Shown here: in pieces, positions 38,438 through 44,708 of the stretch
How positions within the stretch are numbered: the stretch's first letter is position 1
Layout of the letters: each line of letters starts with the position of its first letter
NCBI GenBank assembly: GCA_041496385.1
Contig: JBGQEL010000027.1
Span: 1 to 44,708 of the forward strand
Source of the DNA: Candidatus Methylomirabilia bacterium
GTDB lineage: Bacteria; Methylomirabilota; Methylomirabilia; Rokubacteriales; CSP1-6
Length of the DNA: 44,708 nt
Direction of reading: 5' to 3'
Program-made: the position numbers and the translations under genes
Notes under the pieces: generated by a model
The model's database searches: none
Told to the model about the DNA's origin: nothing
Seen by the model: only the letters and a program-made list of their open reading frames with translations

Positions 38438-38833
38438 ATGGACATCGCGCCCGGAGCGACCGCCGAGGCCGGCTACACCGTCACCGGCGACAAGACCGCG
38501 CACGCGATGGGCAACCAGGGCGTCCACGTTCTCGCGACGCCCCACCTCATCGGCCTCCTCGAGGGCGCGGCGGGCGCCGTCCTGCATCCCCACCTGCCGG
38601 CGGGCGCGGGCACGGTCGGCACGATGGTGGAGATGAAGCACCTCGCGGCGACACCGGTCGGCATGAAGGTGCGCGCCACGGCGACGCTGCTCGAGACCGA
38701 CGGGCGGCGCTTCCTGTTCGCCGTCGAGGCCTGGGACGAGAAGGAGAAGATCGCCGAGGGCCGTCACGAACGGTTCGTGGTTCCCGACATGGCGAAGTTT
38801 CTCGGCCGCGCCATGAAGAAGGGGTCCGCCTGA
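38438..38833 (+). CDS. Fluoroacetyl-CoA thioesterase (FlK)-like hotdog thioesterase
   Basis: VLATP..IGLLE, TVGT...KHLAATPVG and GRHERF motifs. Confidence 0.88.
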   Translation: MDIAPGATAEAGYTVTGDKTAHAMGNQGVHVLATPHLIGLLEGAAGAVLHPHLPAGAGTVGTMVEMKHLAATPVGMKVRATATLLETDGRRFLFAVEAWDEKEKIAEGRHERFVVPDMAKFLGRAMKKGSA

Positions 38834-39288
38834 TGCCGATGCAGATCAACAAGGGCATCGTCGGCAAGGAGTACCCGCCCTTCGCCGTCACGGTGGAGCG
38901 GGGCAAGATCAAGGAGTTCGCGCGGGCGATCGGGGACGCAAATCCCTTCTATCTCGACGACGGCGTGGGCGCGGCCTCCGAGTGGGGCGATATCATCGCG
39001 CCACCGACGTTCGCGACCACTTTCCGCGACGACCGCGCCGACTCGGGCGCGCTGCTCCGCGATCTCGGCGTGGACATCTCGCGCATCCTCCACGGCGAGC
39101 AGGAGTTCGAGATCGTCCGCCAGCTTCAGCCCGGCGAGACGTACCTCTGCCGGTCCCGCGTCGTGGATCTCTACGAGAAGACCGGCAAGAGCGGCCCGAT
39201 GGCGTTCGTCGTCCGCGAGACGTCCGTCACCGATCGCGCCGGCGAGATCGTCGCCACCATGCGCCACATCACGGTCGTCCGGCTGTAG
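38833..39288 (+). CDS. MaoC-like dehydratase, non-catalytic HadA-type subunit
   Basis: VERGKIKEFARAIG, APPTF and LHGEQEF motifs. Confidence 0.85.
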   Translation: MPMQINKGIVGKEYPPFAVTVERGKIKEFARAIGDANPFYLDDGVGAASEWGDIIAPPTFATTFRDDRADSGALLRDLGVDISRILHGEQEFEIVRQLQPGETYLCRSRVVDLYEKTGKSGPMAFVVRETSVTDRAGEIVATMRHITVVRL

Positions 39289-39298
39289 CGAAGGCACG

Positions 39299-39733
39299 AT
39301 GAAATACGCCAGGGTCTACGTCGAGGACGTGAAGGTGGGCGACGAGCTGCCGCCGCTCGTCAAGGGCCCGATCCAGCAGATCCAGCTCACCCGCTACGCC
39401 GGCGCCTCCGGCGACTTCAACCCGATCCACCAGGACGACGCGTTCGCGCGCGTCGCCGGCATGGGCGGCGTCTTCGCCCACGGCATGCTCTCGATGGGCT
39501 TCGTCACCCAGGCGGTGACCGACTGGGCGGGCGCCGGCGCGGTGCGGAAGATCGGCGTCCGCTTCGCGGCGCTCGTCCGGCTCGGGGACGTCGTGACCTG
39601 CCGCGGCCGCGTGCTCGCGAGGACGTCGAAGGACGACGACCACACGGTCGAGCTGGAGATCTGGGCGGAGAACCAGCGCGGCGAGAAGGTCGTCACGGGC
39701 AAGGCGACGGTCGCCCTGCCCTCCCGCGCTTAG
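39299..39733 (+). CDS. MaoC-like (R)-specific enoyl-CoA hydratase, HadB-type subunit
   Basis: YAGASGDFNPIH and FAHGML motifs. Confidence 0.9.
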   Translation: MKYARVYVEDVKVGDELPPLVKGPIQQIQLTRYAGASGDFNPIHQDDAFARVAGMGGVFAHGMLSMGFVTQAVTDWAGAGAVRKIGVRFAALVRLGDVVTCRGRVLARTSKDDDHTVELEIWAENQRGEKVVTGKATVALPSRA

Positions 39734-40275
39734 CCGCCCGGCATCCGGCCTTTCGCGGCCACCCACTCGCGCAGCGCCTCGCGCGTGGACTGGAACGCGA
39801 GCGCGTCCCACGGGATGCCCTGCGGCGACACCCACTCGATGGCGTCGTTCTCGTCGCAGGTCGTGAGCGTCCCGCCGACGACGCGAGCCCTGTAGACGAC
39901 GATCACCGGCGCGCCCGGATAGCTGTAGACGTTGTGCAGCCCCGTGAGGTCCACCGTGAGCCCGGTCTCCTCGAGCGTCTCGCGCACGGCGGCGTCGGAC
40001 ACCGACTCGCCGAAATCCACGAACCCGCCCGGGTACGTCCAGAGCCCGCGCCCCGGGTTGATCGAGCGCCGGGTCAGCAGCACGGCGCCGTCCAGCTCGG
40101 GGAGAGTGGCGGCGACGACCTTCGGGTTCAGGTAGAAGACGAACCGACAGCGGGAGCACACGTGCTGCTCGCGCTGGTCGGGCGGCACGGGCTCGCGCGC
40201 GAGGGCCGCGCCGCAGAGGGGACAGAAGCGCGCCGTGTCCGGGGCGAGGATGCGGGCGCCGGGATCGTCGCTCAC
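39730..40275 (-). CDS. NUDIX hydrolase with N-terminal zinc ribbon
   Basis: FCPLCG...CSRC...YLNP and Nudix box GGFVDFGESVSDAAVRETLEETG. Confidence 0.92.
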   Translation of the reverse strand: MSDDPGARILAPDTARFCPLCGAALAREPVPPDQREQHVCSRCRFVFYLNPKVVAATLPELDGAVLLTRRSINPGRGLWTYPGGFVDFGESVSDAAVRETLEETGLTVDLTGLHNVYSYPGAPVIVVYRARVVGGTLTTCDENDAIEWVSPQGIPWDALAFQSTREALREWVAAKGRMPGG

Positions 40276-40342
40276 GCGAGGAGTCTAAACCAGCTACGGA
40301 CGAGTACACCGTCCTCGTTCGCCTCGCGCGCCGCCGCCTGTC

Positions 40343-40372
40343 TTGACACTCCGCGCGACGCGATGATACAAA
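40343..40372 (+). promoter_or_regulatory. sigma70-type promoter of the BCAA-type ABC operon
   Basis: TTGACA, 18-bp spacer ending TGa, then TACAAA. Confidence 0.5.
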
Positions 40373-40425
40373 CCGTCCAGCGTCACCGCAGCCACGCGCA
40401 GCGTCCACGAGCCAGGGGGTTTCTC

Positions 40426-41697
40426 ATGCGTTACCGCACCGTCGCCATCGCCGTCTCCGTCGTCGCGCTCGTCCTCACCACCGGGCTCGCCGCCATCACC
40501 TGGGGACAGGCCGGCGAGTACAAGATCGGCGTGCTCGAGCCGCTCACCGGACCGCTGGCCGGCGAGGGCAAGCGGCACATGGAAGGCTTCGAGATCGTCC
40601 GCGATCTCATCAACGAGCGGGGCGGCGTGATGGGCAAGAAGCTGGTCTTCGCCGTGGCCGACGTCCCCGACCCCACGGCCGCCGCCAGCGAGGCGAACCG
40701 GCTCATCACGCGCGAGGGCGTGAAGATCGTGACCGGCACCTTCTCGTCGCGGCTCTGCGGCGCGGCGAGCGAGGCGGCGGCGCGCCACAACGTCATCTAC
40801 TGGGAGACGTCCTGCGTCGATCCGCGCTTCAACAAACGCGGGCTCAAGAACGTCTACCGGACCGAGATCGACGCGACCGGGTTCGGCTGGTACAACATCG
40901 AGTTCATCGTCAAGCACCTGGCCCCACGCTTCAACCTGAAGCCGAACCAGCTCAAGATCGCCTTCATCTCGGAGGACTCCTCGTACGGCCAGGGCGTGAC
41001 CGAGTCGGCCCGGGCGCGGGCCAAGGAGCTGGGCCTCATCGAGGTGGCGCCGCCCGAGTACTACAACTTCCAGACGATCAACGACATGACGCCGATCATC
41101 GTGAAGCTCAAGCAGCTCAACCCCGACGTCGTCCACCACATCGCCTACACGAACGACGCGCCGCTGTTCTGGCGGCAGGCGCGCGAGCAGAACTTCAGCT
41201 TCAAGGCGCTCGTGCACGCCGGCGCCACGGGGTACGGCGGAAGCGACTTCGGCAAGGCCATGGGCAACGACGGCAACGGCGTGTTCGCGCTGCTGGAACC
41301 GGGCCCCGGGTTCAAGCTCGATTCGCTCAAGCCCGAGGGCCAGAAGATCGAGAAGGACTTCCGTGACGCCGTGCAGAAGCGGACGGGCTCCTATCCCTTC
41401 GGCGCCCATCAGCTCGCCGGCGGCGGCCTCTGGCTGCTCAAGCTCGTGCTGGACAAGTCCCAGAGCGACGATCCCGAGAAGTTCCGCTCGGCCGTCATGT
41501 CGCTCGACCTGCCGGTCGGAACGATGATCAACGGCTGGGGCGTGAAGTTCTCGGAGACGGGCCAGAACTCGAACGAACGCGTCCAGCACTACATGCTGCA
41601 GTGGCAGAACGGCCAGCTCGTGAGCGTGTGGCCGGAGGAGTTCACGACCAACCGGGCGAAGTGGATCCCGCTCGGCGCCTGGGACCAGCGCAAATAG
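40426..41697 (+). CDS. Branched-chain amino acid-type ABC transporter substrate-binding protein
   Basis: Signal peptide, KIGVLEPLTGPLA and INERGGVMG motifs; ATG at 40426. Confidence 0.9.
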   Translation: MRYRTVAIAVSVVALVLTTGLAAITWGQAGEYKIGVLEPLTGPLAGEGKRHMEGFEIVRDLINERGGVMGKKLVFAVADVPDPTAAASEANRLITREGVKIVTGTFSSRLCGAASEAAARHNVIYWETSCVDPRFNKRGLKNVYRTEIDATGFGWYNIEFIVKHLAPRFNLKPNQLKIAFISEDSSYGQGVTESARARAKELGLIEVAPPEYYNFQTINDMTPIIVKLKQLNPDVVHHIAYTNDAPLFWRQAREQNFSFKALVHAGATGYGGSDFGKAMGNDGNGVFALLEPGPGFKLDSLKPEGQKIEKDFRDAVQKRTGSYPFGAHQLAGGGLWLLKLVLDKSQSDDPEKFRSAVMSLDLPVGTMINGWGVKFSETGQNSNERVQHYMLQWQNGQLVSVWPEEFTTNRAKWIPLGAWDQRK

Positions 41698-42575
41698 ACG
41701 TCTTCCTGCAGCTCGGCGTCTCCACGGTCCTCCTCGGGGGCATCTATGCCCTGATCGCGGTGGGCCTCACCCTGATCTTCGGGATCATGCGCGTCGTGAA
41801 CTTCGCGCACGGCGAGTTCCTGATGCTCGGCATGTACCTGGCGTTCTGGTCGTACACCGTGCTCTCGCTCGACCCCTATTTCGTGCTCTTCATCGCCATC
41901 CCGCTGTTCTTCGGCATCGGGCTCCTCACCTACGTGCTGGTCATGCGCGGCGTCATCCACGCGTCGCACAACGTCCAGATCTTCACCACGGTCGGCCTCT
42001 CGACCGCGCTGCAGAACCTCGCGCTGGTGCTGTGGACCGGCGACTTCCACACGGTGCGGCCGTGGCACGCCCTGACGCCGATCCGCCTGGCCGGAACCGC
42101 GTTCAACCTCTCGCAGGTGGTGGCCTTCCTCATCGCGATCGCGCTGACCGTGCTGCTGTTCGCCTTCATGCGCTGGACGCATACCGGGCGGGTCATGCGC
42201 GCGACCGCCCAGGACCGCGAGGCGGCCATCCTCATGGGCATCGACACCGACCGCGTGTACCGCATCACCTTCGCGCTCGGGATTGCCGCGGTCGGCGCGG
42301 CGGGCGTCCTGGTCTCGCCGCTCTACGCGGTCTACCCGACGGCCGGGCTGCAGTTCGTCCTCATCTCCTACGTCGTGGTGGTGCTCGGCGGACTCGGCGA
42401 CATGGTGGGGGCGCTCATCGGCAGCCTCATCGTCGCCGCGGTCGAGGTGGCGGGCTCCTACTGGTTCGGCACCGCCTGGAAGGAGATCTTCTACTTCCTG
42501 CTCTTCATCGCGGTGCTCGTCTTCCGCCCGGCCGGCCTGTTCGGGCAGCGCGGCGCCGAGAACCTCGGCGTGTGA
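41694..42575 (+). CDS. livH: BCAA-type ABC permease (LivH-like)
   Basis: YALIAVGLTLIFG, VNFAHGEF, MRATAQD and VVLGGLG motifs. Start uncertain (ATA 41694 or GTG 41661). Confidence 0.88.
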   Translation: MDVFLQLGVSTVLLGGIYALIAVGLTLIFGIMRVVNFAHGEFLMLGMYLAFWSYTVLSLDPYFVLFIAIPLFFGIGLLTYVLVMRGVIHASHNVQIFTTVGLSTALQNLALVLWTGDFHTVRPWHALTPIRLAGTAFNLSQVVAFLIAIALTVLLFAFMRWTHTGRVMRATAQDREAAILMGIDTDRVYRITFALGIAAVGAAGVLVSPLYAVYPTAGLQFVLISYVVVVLGGLGDMVGALIGSLIVAAVEVAGSYWFGTAWKEIFYFLLFIAVLVFRPAGLFGQRGAENLGV

Positions 42576-43552
42576 TGGCGCAGGCGCTGGCGCGCCACTG
42601 GGGCGCGCTCGTCATCTTCGGCGTCGCCGCGCTCGTCCCCGTCGTCGTGCGCGACGCCTACTTCCTCGACAGCCTCGTGCTGATCCTCCTGTGGGGCGCC
42701 CTGTCCGCCGCCTGGAACGTCGCCGGCGGCTACGCGGGACAGGTCTCGATCGGTCATGCGGCCTTCTTCGGCATCGGCGCGTACTCGGCCGCACTGCTGG
42801 GCACGCGCTGGCACCAGTCGCCCTGGCTCGGCATGCTCGCCGGCGTCCTCGTCTCGCTCGCGGCCGGCGCGGCCCTCGGCTACCTCTCCAACCGGCTCAA
42901 GGGACCGTACTTCGCGCTCTCCACCATCGCCTTCTCCCAGGTGCTGCTCATCGTGGCCAGCCGCTGGCGCGGCTTGACGTCCGGCTCCGAGGGCATCCCC
43001 GTCCCCTTCCGGCCGGGGTTCGGCACGCTCGGCCTCGGCCACGTCGCGTGGGTCTATCTGGCGCTGGCGGTGGCGGTTCTGTACTGGGGAATCCAGGTCT
43101 GGCTCGAGCATTCCCGCTTCGGCTACCGGCTGGCCGGCGTGCGCGAGGACGAGGACGCGGCGGAGGCGCTGGGGATCCCGACCCGCCGGCTCAAGGTGAT
43201 CGCGGTCACCCTGAGCGCGGCGCTGACGAGCATGTGCGGGACGCTCTGGGCACAGTACGTCGGCTTCGTGGACCCGTTCTACGTCTTTTCCGTGGACCTG
43301 TCCGTGCGGTTCGCGCTGAACGCGATCATCGGCGGGATCGGCACCGCGCTGGGGCCCTTCCTCGGATCGATCCTCATCACGTCGCTGGAAACGTACCTGC
43401 GCGCGACGCTGTCGGGCGTGAAGTCCGGCTTCACCGGCATCTACCTGATCGTCTACGGGACGGGGCTCATCCTCGTCGTGCGCTTCATTCCCGACGGGCT
43501 GGCGGGCCTGGTCGGGCGGCTGCGCGCGCACCTCGCGCGGGTCCACGCATGA
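42575..43552 (+). CDS. livM: BCAA-type ABC permease (LivM-like)
   Basis: GYAGQVSIGHAAFFGIGAY, LKGPYFALST, REDEDAAEALG and IIGGIG motifs. Confidence 0.9.
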   Translation: MAQALARHWGALVIFGVAALVPVVVRDAYFLDSLVLILLWGALSAAWNVAGGYAGQVSIGHAAFFGIGAYSAALLGTRWHQSPWLGMLAGVLVSLAAGAALGYLSNRLKGPYFALSTIAFSQVLLIVASRWRGLTSGSEGIPVPFRPGFGTLGLGHVAWVYLALAVAVLYWGIQVWLEHSRFGYRLAGVREDEDAAEALGIPTRRLKVIAVTLSAALTSMCGTLWAQYVGFVDPFYVFSVDLSVRFALNAIIGGIGTALGPFLGSILITSLETYLRATLSGVKSGFTGIYLIVYGTGLILVVRFIPDGLAGLVGRLRAHLARVHA

Positions 43553-44301
43553 GCGTGGCGGCGCCGGGCCCGGCGCTGCTCACGCTCGAGGCGGTCACCA
43601 AGCGCTTCGGCGGGCTCACGGCCGTCCGCGACGTGTCCGTGGAGGTGCGCCGGGGCGATCTCCTCGGCATCATCGGCCCGAACGGCGCGGGCAAGACGAC
43701 GCTCTTCAACGTGATCTCGGGCTACTACCGCCCCGACGCGGGCCGCATCGTCTTCGAGGGACGCGACGTCGGCGGGCGGGCGCCGCACCTGATCTGCCGG
43801 CTCGGGCTCACGCGCACGTTCCAGATCGTCAAGCCCTTCGGCAACCTGTCGGTCCTCGACAACGTGATGATCGGCGCGCTCACGCGCCTGCCGAGCGTCG
43901 CCGCCGCGCGCGCCGAGGCCGGGCGCGTCATCGAGACGTGCGGCCTCGCGTCCCATGTCGCCGCGCGCGCCAGAACGCTCCCCATCGGGCTCCGCAAGCG
44001 CCTCGAGGTCGCCCGCGCGCTCGCGACCCGGCCCCGGCTGCTCCTGCTCGACGAGGTCATGGCCGGGCTCAACCCCACCGAGCTGACGGGCATCATGGAC
44101 CTGATCCGGCGCCTGCACGCCGACGGCCTCACGCTGATCGTCATCGAGCACATCATGGCGGCGATGATGCGGCTCGCGCAGCGGATCGTCGTACTCCACC
44201 ACGGCGAGAAGATCGCGGAGGGACGCCCCGACGAGATCACGCGCGACCGCCGCGTCGTGGACGCCTACCTCGGCGAGGAGTTCGTCCTTGCTGAGGCTTG
44301 A
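43549..44301 (+). CDS. livG: ABC ATP-binding protein (LivG-like)
   Basis: GPNGAGKT, RTFQ, LLLLDE, IEH and VVDAYLG motifs. Confidence 0.92.
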   Translation: MSVAAPGPALLTLEAVTKRFGGLTAVRDVSVEVRRGDLLGIIGPNGAGKTTLFNVISGYYRPDAGRIVFEGRDVGGRAPHLICRLGLTRTFQIVKPFGNLSVLDNVMIGALTRLPSVAAARAEAGRVIETCGLASHVAARARTLPIGLRKRLEVARALATRPRLLLLDEVMAGLNPTELTGIMDLIRRLHADGLTLIVIEHIMAAMMRLAQRIVVLHHGEKIAEGRPDEITRDRRVVDAYLGEEFVLAEA

Positions 44302-44708
44302 GGCGATCGACGCCTTCTACGGCGACCTCCAGGCGCTCGCCGGCGTCTCGTTCGAGGTGGGCGAGCGCGAGATCCTGGCGCTCGTCGGCGCCAACGCGGC
44401 GGGCAAGTCCACCACGCTGCGCGTGCTCTCCGGCCTCGTGACGCCCCGCCGCGGGCGCGTCCTCCTGGGCGACGAGGACCTCACCGCCGTGCCCGCGCAC
44501 CTCCGCGTCGAACGGGGCATCGTCCAGGTGCCCGAGGGCCGCCGGCTCTTCCCGTTCATGACCGTCCGGGAAAACCTCCAGCTCGGCGCCCACGCGGGCC
44601 GGGCGCGCGCCGAGCGCGAGGCGACGCTCGAGTACGTCTACACCCTGTTCCCGGTGCTCGCCGACCGGCGCGCCCAGCTCGCGGGGTCGCTCTCGGGCGG
44701 CGAGCAGC
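44288..44708 (+). CDS. livF: ABC ATP-binding protein (LivF-like), 3' end outside window
   Basis: Manual translation from TTG 44288: MLRLEAIDAFYGDLQAL...GANAAGKST...VPEGRRLF...LSGGEQ. Confidence 0.9.
   Translation, partial: MLRLEAIDAFYGDLQALAGVSFEVGEREILALVGANAAGKSTTLRVLSGLVTPRRGRVLLGDEDLTAVPAHLRVERGIVQVPEGRRLFPFMTVRENLQLGAHAGRARAEREATLEYVYTLFPVLADRRAQLAGSLSGGEQ

Overview
High-GC bacterial chromosomal window, densely coding; the gene style suggests Rokubacteria/Methylomirabilota, but that is inference only. Left to right: a minus-strand isc operon (Rrf2/IscR, iscS, iscU, iscA, partial hscB) divergent from a Glu/Leu/Phe/Val dehydrogenase; a degenerate GalT-like gene; a MoxR/DUF58/triple-VWA/TPR operon behind a sigma54-like promoter; a selenium/redox block (SenB-like GT4 glycosyltransferase, orphan zf-HC2 anti-sigma, Tat-exported transglutaminase-like protein, selenocysteine-containing SelD, FmdB zinc ribbon, orphan Pup); dcd, thrB, ccdA and tlpA; DUF1537 kinase and pdxA2; two tandem peptide-ABC binding proteins, two permeases and an amidase; a minus-strand run of MFS, UGSC partner, UGSC selenoprotein, YheT hydrolase, TTC38-like protein and 5'-nucleotidase; three hotdog-fold genes; a NUDIX gene; and a branched-chain-amino-acid-type ABC operon. 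Highlights: (1) a shared ECF-type promoter, GAATCC-N16-CRTC, in front of the anti-sigma, transglutaminase and selD genes, suggesting a selenium-linked ECF regulon next to a SenB-like glycosyltransferase; (2) an IscS lacking the PLP lysine and the stacking histidine; (3) two UGA-recoded selenoproteins with SECIS-like hairpins that the ORF track splits; (4) an orphan Pup; (5) three genes apparently starting at non-canonical codons that overlap the upstream stop. No rRNA, tRNA, CRISPR array or mobile element was seen. All family assignments are by eye from motifs; no searches were run.
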